DNA of 64,000 nt from an uncultured Bacilli bacterium (GCA_934130105.1 CAKOXL010000002.1:7232-71231), one strand, 5' to 3'; shown: positions 1-9,947, counted from the first letter of the stretch. The notes: generated by a model not told the origin, from the letters alone. Program-made: numbers and translations.

Positions 1-629
1 TTTAATAACTGATAAATACCAACATGTTTATCATCAACTGCTAGTTTAAGACTATCAAGTAATTTCTTCTTCATTTCTACATACGATAAATCATCATCTT
101 CAAAATATTCTTGATATAAAAATTTTAATTTATTATAATTTTTACTACTATAACACTCTTCTATTTCTTTAACTAAATACTTTCTAATTAATAATTCATT
201 ACGCGTAAAAAAGCGATCAGCTAATACTTTTTTTAATAATTCATACTTAAAAGAAAATATTTCTAAATTATCAGCTAAAACGGCTATTTCTTCTTCTTCA
301 TCAAGCAACAACTTACTCTTATAAAGAACATTTCCACCTTTATCAAATTCAATAGCTATTACTCTATCACCATCAGAAAATAAACAACAATAATCAATTA
401 TTTTTACCTTTTTAGTAGTATAAACCTCACAAGTACGATAAATTTTTAATAAAAAATCAGAATCCATTTTTATATCATAATACAATAAATCATCAAATAC
501 TTTTCTATCAACATGTAAAAGTTTTATTCTCTTTATATTTTCAATCGCATCGCTTTGATTCCATTCATAAAAATCGTAAAGCATATCACAGTCACAAAAA
601 TTAAGCAAAATATCATATATGTAAATCAT
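1..629 (-). CDS. hypothetical protein, N-terminal 209 codons only (C-terminus lies beyond the window start)
   Basis: Absent from the ORF track because it runs off the edge. I checked every in-frame minus-strand triplet from 629 down to 3 and found no stop, which is unusual in AT-rich DNA. ATG at 629-627 is preceded by AAAGGA. Begins MIYIYDILLNFCDCDMLYDFYEWNQSDAIENIKRIK. Confidence 0.6.
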   Translation of the reverse strand, partial: MIYIYDILLNFCDCDMLYDFYEWNQSDAIENIKRIKLLHVDRKVFDDLLYYDIKMDSDFLLKIYRTCEVYTTKKVKIIDYCCLFSDGDRVIAIEFDKGGNVLYKSKLLLDEEEEIAVLADNLEIFSFKYELLKKVLADRFFTRNELLIRKYLVKEIEECYSSKNYNKLKFLYQEYFEDDDLSYVEMKKKLLDSLKLAVDDKHVGIYQLL

Positions 630-834
630 TTTTTTCAGATCCTTTCGTAAGTATAATAATAGATACCATAATAAGCCCTATCAAGGCAAATAGGCATTCA
701 AACTTGCTAGTAATAAAAATCAAATACTCCTTAAAGCTATATCCCATACTTATTAAATTCATATAGGTAATAATATATGTAAAACCAATTACCATTAGTC
801 CAAAACCAATCAAAAAGATAAGCATTCTACCCAT
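613..834 (-). CDS. small integral membrane protein (73 aa, 2-3 hydrophobic helices)
   Basis: ORF track. GGTGA Shine-Dalgarno 5 nt upstream of the ATG. Strongly hydrophobic sequence. Stop overlaps the next gene's start region. Confidence 0.5.
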   Translation of the reverse strand: MGRMLIFLIGFGLMVIGFTYIITYMNLISMGYSFKEYLIFITSKFECLFALIGLIMVSIIILTKGSEKNDLHI

Positions 835-902
835 ACTATCACCTAATTCATTGTATTATCAAGAAGCTATTTATATTATCTCTTTTTTTAAACTTTTTTA
901 TA

Positions 903-944
903 CAAAAGAAAAAAGAAGAAGTTACCATTTTTTGATAACTTCTT
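903..944 (-). terminator. rho-independent terminator after the U32 gene
   Basis: 9-bp inverted repeat AAGAAGTTA (916-924) / TAACTTCTT (936-944), followed on the minus strand by CTTTTTTCTTTTG. Confidence 0.6.
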
Positions 945-949
945 AATAT

Positions 950-2131
950 CTATACTTTTAATCTCATCATTGAGCATTCTTCAACTTCTGCTGGTACTTT
1001 TATTTTTAAAATTTCTTCAGGATGACAAGCTTTTTCTAATTCGTTCATATCATTATCATAAATTTTATCAATCGTAAATGATATTACTTTACCACTTGGC
1101 ATAAATATCTGAGCATTAGTACCAGGTTCAAAATAATTTCGCTCAGAAATAGTTACCATATTAGTATCTTTATCGTAAGAAAGAATGTATGCTAAATAAT
1201 CTTGATTAGATAACTCTTGTCTACCTGTATAATATTGATCTAATTCATTAGCTAAATGATTAAAATAATGAGTACTTGTCTCACGATTAGCTACACGTGA
1301 TAAAATTTTTTCTTGTTCAGCTAAAAATTCATTTGTTAAAGTACTATTGTAGCAAGCATCAATTATTTTACGATAACTTGATATTACAGTAGCAAGATAA
1401 TAATGACTTCTCATTCTACCTTCTACTTTTAGACTAGCTACTCCAATATCTATTAGTTCTTTAATATGTTCTGCCATATTTAAATCTTTAGTAGCCATCG
1501 TAAATTTATGTTCATCACTAGAATCTATATTAAATACAAATCGACAAACTTGACTACAACCACCACGATTAGAATCACGATTCGTTACATAGTTAGATAA
1601 AGTACATCTACCACTAAAGAAAGTACACATAGCGCCATGAATAAATACTTCAATATCACAACCTGTTGCTACTAACTCACTAATTTCTTTCTTAGAAAGC
1701 TCTCTAGCTGGTACTACTCTAGCTACTCCTTCTTTTTGAAAAAATTTAACCGTTTCAATATTAGTAGTAGAGTTTTGAGTACTAACATGTACTTCTACTT
1801 TTGGAAAATTTTTTCTAATATAAGAAATAATAAAAGGATCAGATACAATAAAAGCATCAATTCCAGCATCAACTGCTTCTTTTAAATAATCATATATACC
1901 ATCTATATCTTCATTATGAAAAACAATATTTACTGTTTGATATACCTTTTTTCCAAGTTTATGAGCAAAGGTGCAAGCTTCTTTTATTTCATCAATACTA
2001 AAATTAGTAGCATTTGCTCTTAGACTATACTCTCTACCACCAATATAAACAGCATCTGCTCCATATAGTAAAGCAATCTTAAGACGCTCTAAGTCTCCAG
2101 CTGGTGATAATAATTCTATTTTTTTCTTCAT
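950..2131 (-). CDS. peptidase U32 family protein (YrrO / TrhP-type)
   Basis: N-terminus MKKKIELLSPAGDLERLKIALLYGADAVYIGG is typical of the U32 family. Sits in the Bacillus-like yrrO-yrrN-yrrM-mltG-yrzB-ruvX-yrzL synteny. Confidence 0.85.
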   Translation of the reverse strand: MKKKIELLSPAGDLERLKIALLYGADAVYIGGREYSLRANATNFSIDEIKEACTFAHKLGKKVYQTVNIVFHNEDIDGIYDYLKEAVDAGIDAFIVSDPFIISYIRKNFPKVEVHVSTQNSTTNIETVKFFQKEGVARVVPARELSKKEISELVATGCDIEVFIHGAMCTFFSGRCTLSNYVTNRDSNRGGCSQVCRFVFNIDSSDEHKFTMATKDLNMAEHIKELIDIGVASLKVEGRMRSHYYLATVISSYRKIIDACYNSTLTNEFLAEQEKILSRVANRETSTHYFNHLANELDQYYTGRQELSNQDYLAYILSYDKDTNMVTISERNYFEPGTNAQIFMPSGKVISFTIDKIYDNDMNELEKACHPEEILKIKVPAEVEECSMMRLKV

Positions 2132-2613
2132 TTTACCAACTCTTTTTCTTGACTAACTAGGCTAGGTTTTACCTTTTCATTAAAGAATTCAATTACTTCT
2201 TCAACTGTATATTCAGGCTTTATAAAATCTTGAGTAACTAAATAAGGAGTAAGTGGTAATTCTTCTTTCAGTGGTAGAGATGCACCTAGTGAATAAGTAA
2301 CTTCACCATTATCTTCGTTATATTTAACTATAGCGGTTCCAGACATTAAATCATAAATAGTATAACTAGTACTACCAGAATAATAAAAATACCTATTCTT
2401 TAGGCAAAGAATTACATTCTTTTTACCATCTTGTTCAAAATTTACTATTTCTACATACTTATCCAAATCTTTATAAGAAATATTACCTTCTACCTTATTA
2501 TTTTTTATCGTTAATTTGCTATCAATATAAGGGATTTTATCGCTACACCCTGTTAATAAAGTTGCACCTAAACAAAGACCAGCCGCTATTACTTTTAAAT
2601 TTTTAATATTCAT
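2128..2613 (-). CDS. lipoprotein, unknown function
   Basis: Signal peptide with lipobox LLTGC (MNIKNLKVIAAGLCLGATLLTGCSD). 4-nt overlap with the downstream U32 gene, and its start abuts the upstream U32 stop. Confidence 0.7.
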   Translation of the reverse strand: MNIKNLKVIAAGLCLGATLLTGCSDKIPYIDSKLTIKNNKVEGNISYKDLDKYVEIVNFEQDGKKNVILCLKNRYFYYSGSTSYTIYDLMSGTAIVKYNEDNGEVTYSLGASLPLKEELPLTPYLVTQDFIKPEYTVEEVIEFFNEKVKPSLVSQEKELVK

Positions 2614-3491
2614 TATTTATCACCTTTCTTCACTTTATAGATTGTCCTTTTGTAAAAGAAATTAGTACTATCTCCTATTAAATAATTCATCCTATTTATT
2701 ATACTATCTTTCTCTTTTTCAGTAATACTAGCATAATTTCTAATGATATTACTATATGTAGTTAATACTTCTTTTCCTATACTTTTATCAACTTCTTGCA
2801 TATCCAAAACAACATAATCTATATCATTTTCAACTAAATCAAATAAAGGCTTTACTCCATTTATTAATTTGCCATATAAAATAGATGCTCCATCACTAGA
2901 TTCTTTTAATAAATAATCTTCATTCATATTTTCTAAGTGATAAACTCTATTTTCTTTTTCCTTACCAATTGACTTAAAATAATTAGTAAGAAGCATTCTT
3001 CTAGAATGCGACATAATAGGATAACCAAAACATTCTACCATTAATTTCATCTTAGTACGCTTTTTTATTTCTAATATTTCATCTAACGTTATTTCATTTG
3101 CTAGAAAGCCAGCACTTACACCCTTTTCATAATAAAAGTTGCAAGTATTATAATTTGTAACCATATGAGTTTGATGCCATACTAAATTAAGTGAAATATT
3201 ATTTTCTCTTACAATATTTAATACCCCTAAATCATAAAATAATACTCCCCTGATGGATAGATGAGATAACTCTACTAACTTTTCTGTTAAATCAGCTAAT
3301 TCATTATTAAAAATATTTTTATTAACACTAATAAATAAAGAATATTTACTACTTAATTTTTTTATTTCATCTAAACTTACACTAGGATAATTAATACAGT
3401 AATTTTCTAATCCCAAAATAAAAATATTACTTTCCTTTTCTTGATAAAAAGAAATATCTTCTACACTATTAGGTACAACTACTAACTCCAC
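2613..3491 (-). CDS. peptidase U32 family protein (YrrN-type, shorter paralogue)
   Basis: Synteny plus U32-like sequence. I prefer the GTG at 3491 (GAGGTGG SD 4 nt upstream, giving MELVVVPNSVEDI) over the ORF-track start at 3515. Confidence 0.7.
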   Translation of the reverse strand: MELVVVPNSVEDISFYQEKESNIFILGLENYCINYPSVSLDEIKKLSSKYSLFISVNKNIFNNELADLTEKLVELSHLSIRGVLFYDLGVLNIVRENNISLNLVWHQTHMVTNYNTCNFYYEKGVSAGFLANEITLDEILEIKKRTKMKLMVECFGYPIMSHSRRMLLTNYFKSIGKEKENRVYHLENMNEDYLLKESSDGASILYGKLINGVKPLFDLVENDIDYVVLDMQEVDKSIGKEVLTTYSNIIRNYASITEKEKDSIINRMNYLIGDSTNFFYKRTIYKVKKGDK

Positions 3492-3556
3492 GTTACCACC
3501 TCTACTTAAAAACACCCTTATTATAACATAAGAGTGTTTGTTTTAATACTATTTTA

Positions 3557-4153
3557 TTATTTCTTTTCAGCAACAGCTACGCCATCACCGATATCTAAAA
3601 GTTCAACAACATAATTAGAATTATTTAAAAGGAAAGTACGATAATCTCGAATCTTACGAACTAAACCACGTAAATTTCTGCTTTCTATCAAAGCATCATC
3701 CTTATCTACTAACCCATGAAAATTCATATTGTCGGTTATAATATAACCATGTGGTTTTAAATTTGTTTCATATTTTTCAAAAAATCTGATATTCTGACCC
3801 TTTGCAGCATCTATAAAAATCATATCAAATAATCCTTCAATGTTAATGTCAAGTGCATCACTAAAAACCAAAGTGATTCTATCTTCTAATTGAAATTTTT
3901 TGATATTTTTAATTGCTTCAAGATAACGATCATTATCTCTTTCAATAGTAGTTATCTTTAAATTAGGATTAGCTAGTGCCATCATAATAGCAGAATAGCC
4001 AATAGCAGTTCCTATTTCTAAAACACTATTAATTTGATTTTTAACAATGAATGATGTTAAAAAGTCAATTCCATCATCTTGCATAATAGGAACATTATTA
4101 TCAATTGCATACTTTTTAACTTCTCTAATATCAGAATAAACTGTTGTGTTCAT
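3557..4153 (-). CDS. class I SAM-dependent O-methyltransferase (YrrM / TrmR-like)
   Basis: SAM-binding motif VLEIGTAIGYS and DMIFIDAAK. ATG at 4153 follows a GGAGG SD and lies 1 nt after the mltG stop. Synteny with the U32 pair. Confidence 0.8.
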   Translation of the reverse strand: MNTTVYSDIREVKKYAIDNNVPIMQDDGIDFLTSFIVKNQINSVLEIGTAIGYSAIMMALANPNLKITTIERDNDRYLEAIKNIKKFQLEDRITLVFSDALDINIEGLFDMIFIDAAKGQNIRFFEKYETNLKPHGYIITDNMNFHGLVDKDDALIESRNLRGLVRKIRDYRTFLLNNSNYVVELLDIGDGVAVAEKK

Positions 4154-4154
4154 T

Positions 4155-5234
4155 TTAAAAGCCTCCATTTACTGGTAACAACTCACTTTTCTTTTTTTCA
4201 AAATCACTTGCATCACTATAAAAGAACGTTTCTAGTGTTTTAATATTAGCTATAAAATACAAGTAATCAGTATCACTTGGATAAATACTAGCTTTAATAC
4301 TTGATAATGATAACGTACATATAGGTCCAACTGGTAGCTTACCATTCATACTACCATCAGTTACTCTAGTATTATATGGATTATTAGTATAATACTGTTG
4401 TTTTGTTAAGGCCTGTTTAGGATTATCAACTTTAAAAGCATAACGTGTAGTAACATCACTACCTAAACTCATACCCTTTTTTATACGATTCATAAATACA
4501 CTAGCTACTTGCCCTCTTACTGCTTCAGTTGCTGCCTCTTTTTCTACCATACTAGCTAAAGTTAATACTTCATGTATTGATAAAGTACTTTTTTCTATAT
4601 CACTTCTAAATGGTTCTAAAACATTAGCCATTTCACTAATCATTTTATTAAATATTTCTTCTACTGTAACATCTTTATTATTAAAACGATAAGTATCAGG
4701 AAATAAGTACCCTTCTAATTTATAATAAATATCATCGTTTTTTATATCGTTGGTAATAAACCAATATTTTTCTATTAAAGAATTAACATATGTAATATCA
4801 TTTGATTTTTCAATAACTGCATCATATGTATTATTAGTATTTGCTGATATTACTTTAGCAATATCACGCATCGTAATACCCTCTTTAAAAGTTATTTCTA
4901 TTTCATTAGGATTCTTTTTAGAGCCAGCTTGAAGTGATTCTACTATTTTCTTAACACCCATATCTTTAGTAAAATCATAATAACCAGCTTTCATGTTATT
5001 AATTTTCATTAATTTTACATAAATTAAAAACATTCTCTCATCACGAATTAGCCCATTTTCCTTTAAAATAATAGCAATCCCTTTAGCACTTGTTTTATTA
5101 GGAATTTCTATTTCAATAACCTCACTAGAATTACTAACTGGTGATAACTGATAATTATAAAAAGCACAACACCCTACAATTATGATAGTAGTACTAATCA
5201 AAATACCTAGGGCAACATTACGAAATATTTTCAT
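4155..5234 (-). CDS. mltG: endolytic murein transglycosylase MltG (YceG-like)
   Basis: N-terminal TM helix, a YceG-like body (LASMVEKEA, PYNTR, GKLPVGPICT motifs) and conserved position upstream of yrrM. Confidence 0.9.
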   Translation of the reverse strand: MKIFRNVALGILISTTIIIVGCCAFYNYQLSPVSNSSEVIEIEIPNKTSAKGIAIILKENGLIRDERMFLIYVKLMKINNMKAGYYDFTKDMGVKKIVESLQAGSKKNPNEIEITFKEGITMRDIAKVISANTNNTYDAVIEKSNDITYVNSLIEKYWFITNDIKNDDIYYKLEGYLFPDTYRFNNKDVTVEEIFNKMISEMANVLEPFRSDIEKSTLSIHEVLTLASMVEKEAATEAVRGQVASVFMNRIKKGMSLGSDVTTRYAFKVDNPKQALTKQQYYTNNPYNTRVTDGSMNGKLPVGPICTLSLSSIKASIYPSDTDYLYFIANIKTLETFFYSDASDFEKKKSELLPVNGGF

Positions 5235-5256
5235 AACCTACAAACAACTAGCGAAA

Positions 5257-5595
5257 TTATTCGCCACTTGTACTTTCTCCACCATTATCACTATTGTTAT
5301 TATTATCAGTACTACTAGATTGAGCCATTTTAGTACGAACTTCTTCTTGAATTGTTTGAAGAATTGTTTCTACTACTTTCCACTCTTTTTCTGTTTCAAT
5401 TGGTTCAAATCCCTTATTTAAATCTTCTGGATGATAAACAGCTGCATAAGCTTTAATGCTACCATCTGCTTCGTAAGTGTTATCAGTATAAGCTATATAA
5501 CTTTTTTTAGTCTCCTCACTATCAAATGTAAATAAAACATTGCATGTAACTTCTTGTCCATCTTCAGTTACCATTTTAAACGTATTTTCTTTCAT
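5257..5595 (-). CDS. DUF1292 family protein (YrzB-like)
   Basis: Pattern TEDGQEVTCNVLFTFDSEETKKSYIAYTD plus position between ruvX and mltG. Confidence 0.75.
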   Translation of the reverse strand: MKENTFKMVTEDGQEVTCNVLFTFDSEETKKSYIAYTDNTYEADGSIKAYAAVYHPEDLNKGFEPIETEKEWKVVETILQTIQEEVRTKMAQSSSTDNNNNSDNGGESTSGE

Positions 5596-5596
5596 A

Positions 5597-6013
5597 TCAT
5601 TTTTCCTTCCTATCTAAATAGCTCTGCAAAATAATAGTTGCTGCTAAACTGTCAATTACTTTTTTTCTTTTTTTTCTACTCGTATCATTATAAATCAATA
5701 TACTCTCAGCTTGCCTAGTAGTAAGCCTTTCATCCTGCATATAAACAGGTAATGAAAAAGCATCTTCAAGTTTTTTCTTAAATTCTAATGCTATTTCACC
5801 ACGTTCACCAATAGAATTATTCATATTTTTTGGTAAACCTAACACTAAAGCCTCTATTTGATTATTTGAAATTTCATCTTTAAGTAAATCAATCAAACTA
5901 TCATAATCTTCATCATGCCTTAATATCTTATAGCTAGTAGCAACAATTCCAAGTTTATCAGATATCGCTAAACCTAAAGTTTTGGTACCTAAATCAAGTC
6001 CTAAATATCTCAA
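5597..6013 (-). CDS. ruvX: Holliday junction resolvase-like nuclease RuvX/YqgF
   Basis: MRYLGLDLGTKTLGLAISD N-terminus and DERLTT motif. 138 aa. Confidence 0.9.
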   Translation of the reverse strand: MRYLGLDLGTKTLGLAISDKLGIVATSYKILRHDEDYDSLIDLLKDEISNNQIEALVLGLPKNMNNSIGERGEIALEFKKKLEDAFSLPVYMQDERLTTRQAESILIYNDTSRKKRKKVIDSLAATIILQSYLDRKEK

Positions 6014-6261
6014 CTTTCATCACCCAAAAACTTACTAACTAAAAAATCAATTATTTTATTTCTATCTATTGATACTATTTTTTTACGAGCATCTTTATAT
6101 GAGGATATATACCCTGGATCACCACTCATTAAATAACCAGTTATCTGATTAACAGGGTCATAACCCTTTTCTTTTAGTGACAAATAAACCTCTTTCAAAG
6201 TACATTCTATTAAAGCATCATTAATAATACTAACAGAATATGAAGTAGTTTTATCAAACAT
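6010..6261 (-). CDS. ireB: IreB family regulatory phosphoprotein (UPF0297, YrzL-like)
   Basis: GYDPVNQITGYLMSGDPGYISSYKDAR signature. 83 aa. 4-nt overlap with ruvX. Confidence 0.85.
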   Translation of the reverse strand: MFDKTTSYSVSIINDALIECTLKEVYLSLKEKGYDPVNQITGYLMSGDPGYISSYKDARKKIVSIDRNKIIDFLVSKFLGDES

Positions 6262-6318
6262 ATAATCACCTCATTATTATCATTCTACCATGAACCATAT
6301 ATTTTTTCAATTAATTTA

Positions 6319-7473
6319 TTACCTAGCGCCAACTAGTGCCATATATGCCATAAAAATAGTAAATATAATAGTTATAATAGTTCCATTAATAACCTCAAGT
6401 TTACTACTTTTATACTTAATACCCAAAGAAGTAGTAATTAAAAAGCCACCAATTAAACCACCAATATGACTAAAATTATCTATTCCACTAGCCATAAAAC
6501 CAAAAAATAAATTAACAAGAATTAAAGGTATAATTTGACTTTTTAAAACACTGCCTAAATAAACACGATAATGATATCCAAAATAAAGCAAGCTACCCAT
6601 TAAACCAAATATAGCGCCACTTGCACCAATACTTGGATAAGTACTAAACGTAATAGACATCAAGCTAGCAATAAAAAGTGAAAAGAAATAAACAATTAAA
6701 TATTTAAACTTTCCTAAAAAGCTCTCTAATTGACTACCAATTACATATAAACTATAACAGTTAACGACTAAATGTAATAAATTAGCATGTAAAAAACCAC
6801 CCGTTATTAAACGATAATATTCATTGTATATTCTAATATTTGGTCCATATAAGCAAAATTTATTAACAACATCACCATATATACCAAGCACTTGACATAC
6901 TAAATAAATTAAAACATTAATTGCTATTAATGTATAAGTAATAACTGGTATCTTCTTTTTAAAGACACTTTCCGCTTTCATTGCTTCATTTTTATTTTTA
7001 GCATTAATATCATTAGTTATCTTAATAAAAAGCTGTAATCCCTCTTCAGTAAAATTAAGTTTACTAGTAATATCAGGAAAATGCTTATTGACAATAAGTG
7101 GATAATTCTTTAAATAAGAATCATCATACAAATACATACAGTCAACATTAGTATATTTATCTAAATGCACATTATCGCCTAAATCTGTATAAATATTTAA
7201 TACATCGACATGAAAAGTAAGTATTTTCTTCTTAATTTTAGAAACTATTCTCTTAGTCTTAAATAAATCAAAGTCTAGTTGTTCATCATTATGAATGTAA
7301 TTAGAAACTATCCTAATAATACCATAATCACCATTTAAATTTTCAAGCCATATTTCATCTTCTGCCCCTTGTAAGATAATAGGGCTATAATTTTTCTCAG
7401 TTATAAAATAATGAAGTAATTTCATAACAATTAAGTCTTTTCTACTAATAGATTCGTTCATTATTTTCCCCAC
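6319..7473 (-). CDS. rhomboid family intramembrane serine protease with N-terminal cytoplasmic domain
   Basis: C-terminal six-TM core with GASGAIFGLMG (GxSG) and HIGGLIGG. The true start may be the ATG at 7461 (MNESI). Confidence 0.85.
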   Translation of the reverse strand: MGKIMNESISRKDLIVMKLLHYFITEKNYSPIILQGAEDEIWLENLNGDYGIIRIVSNYIHNDEQLDFDLFKTKRIVSKIKKKILTFHVDVLNIYTDLGDNVHLDKYTNVDCMYLYDDSYLKNYPLIVNKHFPDITSKLNFTEEGLQLFIKITNDINAKNKNEAMKAESVFKKKIPVITYTLIAINVLIYLVCQVLGIYGDVVNKFCLYGPNIRIYNEYYRLITGGFLHANLLHLVVNCYSLYVIGSQLESFLGKFKYLIVYFFSLFIASLMSITFSTYPSIGASGAIFGLMGSLLYFGYHYRVYLGSVLKSQIIPLILVNLFFGFMASGIDNFSHIGGLIGGFLITTSLGIKYKSSKLEVINGTIITIIFTIFMAYMALVGAR

Positions 7474-7498
7474 TTTCTATTACATATTATATAATAAT

Positions 7499-8398
7499 TC
7501 AATTTTCTTGTACATCAATTTCATCTAAATACTTTTTAAATTCGTAAGGTAACTCTACTTCCTTTTTTATCACTTCATTAGTAATAGGATGAATAAAAGA
7601 AATACTTTTAGAGTGTAAAAACTGTCCAAAAGAAGTAGTATTTTTTCTCTTGCCATAAACAGGATCATTGTAAATAGGATAACCAATATAAGCCATATGA
7701 ACGCGAATTTGATGTGTACGACCTGTTTCTAGTTTACATTCTATTAACGTTTGGTTGGCATTGTAAAAACGTTTAATAACTCTAAAATGAGTAATAGCAC
7801 TTTTAGCATTAATATCAGTTACCTTCATCTTTTGACGATTATCAATATCTCTTCCAATAGGAGCATCAATAGTACCCGTCTCATGAGGAATAATACCATC
7901 AACTAAAGCAATATATATTCTCTCTACCTCTTTATTTTTAATCATATTACTTAAAAGTTCATGAGTTTTATCATCTTTTGCAACTACCAATAACCCACTT
8001 GTATCTTTGTCAATACGATGTACAATCCCTGGTCTAATTGTATCATTCTTGCTTAACGAAAATCTGTAAAGTAAAGCATTTACTAAAGTTTTACTATAAT
8101 TACCTGGTGCTGGATGAACAACCATACCTGATTCTTTATTAACTATTAATAAATAATCATCTTCATAAACAACATCTAAAGGAATATCTTCTTTTTCTAC
8201 CGATATACTAAAATCTAAATTGCTGTCTACATAGATCATATCACCGCTTTTTACTACATAATTATTACTAACAGAATTACCATTTACCAAAATCTTTTCT
8301 TGACTAATAAGCTTTTGAATTTTACTACGACTAATATCAAGTCTTGATGCTAAATACTGATCAATTCTAGCACTATTTTCTAATACTTCTAAATTCAT
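7499..8398 (-). CDS. rluD: RluA-family 23S rRNA pseudouridine synthase (RluD-type, S4 domain)
   Basis: N-terminal S4-like region, catalytic HRIDKDTSGLLVVAK, and the conserved lspA-rluD pairing. Confidence 0.9.
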   Translation of the reverse strand: MNLEVLENSARIDQYLASRLDISRSKIQKLISQEKILVNGNSVSNNYVVKSGDMIYVDSNLDFSISVEKEDIPLDVVYEDDYLLIVNKESGMVVHPAPGNYSKTLVNALLYRFSLSKNDTIRPGIVHRIDKDTSGLLVVAKDDKTHELLSNMIKNKEVERIYIALVDGIIPHETGTIDAPIGRDIDNRQKMKVTDINAKSAITHFRVIKRFYNANQTLIECKLETGRTHQIRVHMAYIGYPIYNDPVYGKRKNTTSFGQFLHSKSISFIHPITNEVIKKEVELPYEFKKYLDEIDVQEN

Positions 8399-8867
8399 TT
8401 ATATCACCCCTAAACCAGTCTAATACCATTAATATAGCTCCACCAACAATAAAAGTATCGGCTAAATTAAAAATAGGAAAATAATAACTACCAAAAATAA
8501 AACCTATAAAATCAACTACACCACTTCTAATAACTCTATCAAATAAATTACCAATTATTCCACCAAGTATAAATCCAAACGATAAAACTTCAAAAGTATT
8601 AACATCTTCTCTTTTACTTATATAGTAAGTAAATATAAATAAAAACATAATACCAACTATTACCAAAAGATAAGGATAACTATCAAAAATACTAAATGCA
8701 CCACCTGTATTTTTAGTAAATGTTAAATATAAAAAATTAGGAATAACTTTAATAATACTATTAATTGGAATTAAACGAATAACTGCTAGTTTTACTATTT
8801 GATCAATCAAAAAAGTAACTATACCCAAAATATAAATTCTTTTTTTCAATTTTATCCCACCAGTCAT
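8373..8867 (-). CDS. lspA: lipoprotein signal peptidase II
   Basis: Four TM helices, NTGGAFS and FNLADTFIVGG motifs. Confidence 0.9.
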   Translation of the reverse strand: MTGGIKLKKRIYILGIVTFLIDQIVKLAVIRLIPINSIIKVIPNFLYLTFTKNTGGAFSIFDSYPYLLVIVGIMFLFIFTYYISKREDVNTFEVLSFGFILGGIIGNLFDRVIRSGVVDFIGFIFGSYYFPIFNLADTFIVGGAILMVLDWFRGDINEFRSIRK

Positions 8868-8910
8868 GATATATTATAGCATACTTTTGTTTTATACAAT
8901 AATTATTATC

Positions 8911-8943
8911 TAAAAAGCACATCTCTCTTTTAGAAATGTGCTT
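8911..8943 (-). terminator. rho-independent terminator
   Basis: AAGCACAT (8915-8922) / ATGTGCTT (8936-8943) 8-bp stem, followed on the minus strand by TTTTTAG. Confidence 0.6.
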
Positions 8944-8958
8944 AAAACAAAAACAACA

Positions 8959-9822
8959 TTATTCGCAAGTGTAACCATTACTTTCCAAAGTAGATTTTAA
9001 AGTATTAATGTTTTGTTTATAACTAGCACTTGCTAAAATATTAGTATCGCCATCTGTAATTGGTTTAAATAACTCTAAATCAAACTCATGACTAATCTTA
9101 ATATTTACATCACTGTAACTACAAGCCATACTATAACCTGCATATGATGCATATTTTAAACTATCAACATCACACTGATTTTTTAATAAATTATAATCAT
9201 CATTAACTACACTAAATGAATAATCATAAACTTTACTATTTGATAAAACTTCGTTACTTTCATTATAACTAAATGTTTCACTTTCATTAAGTGTATAATT
9301 AGGTAATACACTAGTTTTGGTGCAAGTAAGACTACTAGTTTTAATAACTTCCGGAGTTGGAGTTGGCTTATTTAATGCTTCTTGTCTTTTTTCTTCGGCA
9401 ATAGCTTCCTGTTCTATTTTAGATAGACCTGAATCTGCTTTTAAATTAGTTATAAATTCTCTAATATATGGCATACCAAACACAAACGCAAATAAAAATA
9501 TAAATAAAATAATTAATAGTATTGTAGATAGTTTACTATTTGAAGTATTATCATTATCATTATTATTAGTATCATTCAAACTTGAATCTATCTTAACATC
9601 ACTTATAGGTGGTATGTACTGATTAGTATTATCACTATTTAAATTACTACTCTGATTAGTATTTTCATCTACACCATTTATATTATTTTGAATCATATTA
9701 CCAGTTTGATTTATGTTATTTACGTTATTTTGATTAATATTATCAGTTTGATTTATGTTATTTACGTTATTTTGATTAATATTATCAGTTTGATTTATAT
9801 TATTATTATCATTCATATTCAT
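8959..9822 (-). CDS. Asn-rich, single-pass membrane protein with Cys-bracketed ectodomain
   Basis: N-terminal ~100 aa low-complexity N/Q/D region with 14-aa repeats, one TM helix (LSTILLIILFIFLFAFVFGM), and a C-terminal domain running from SLTCTK to the terminal GYTCE. Confidence 0.6.
   Translation of the reverse strand: MNMNDNNNINQTDNINQNNVNNINQTDNINQNNVNNINQTGNMIQNNINGVDENTNQSSNLNSDNTNQYIPPISDVKIDSSLNDTNNNDNDNTSNSKLSTILLIILFIFLFAFVFGMPYIREFITNLKADSGLSKIEQEAIAEEKRQEALNKPTPTPEVIKTSSLTCTKTSVLPNYTLNESETFSYNESNEVLSNSKVYDYSFSVVNDDYNLLKNQCDVDSLKYASYAGYSMACSYSDVNIKISHEFDLELFKPITDGDTNILASASYKQNINTLKSTLESNGYTCE
9702..9798. repeat. perfect 42-bp in-frame tandem repeat (2.3 copies)
   Basis: Unit cagtttgatttatgttatttacgttattttgattaatattat at 9702-9743 and 9744-9785, with a partial third copy at 9786-9798. 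Encodes NINQTDNINQNNVN repeats. Confidence 0.9.
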
Positions 9823-9894
9823 ATCCCCTTTTATTATATAAGTAAATTATATCATATTTTTCTTAATATACTAACTATTTTTGAACATCTTAAA

Positions 9895-9928
9895 AAGAAA
9901 CTAAAAACATGCCTTAAAAAGCATGTTC
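9895..9928 (-). terminator. rho-independent terminator after typA
   Basis: AACATGC (9906-9912) / GCATGTT (9921-9927), followed on the minus strand by TTTTAGTTTCTTTTT. Confidence 0.65.
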
Positions 9929-9947
9929 TAACAATAAATATTAAAAA

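Noticed and set aside
4750-5421. Plus-strand ORFs 4750..4932 and 5182..5421, antisense to mltG and DUF1292
   Set aside because: They are short and hydrophobic or low-complexity, and fully contained in conserved minus-strand genes.
6319-7473. Rhomboid protease (or the 511-aa membrane protein 26896..28431) as the missing prepilin peptidase
   Set aside because: The rhomboid GxSG/His catalytic motifs and housekeeping synteny argue against an aspartic A24/TadV-type peptidase. I could not find the two conserved Asp-containing motifs of A24 peptidases in either protein.
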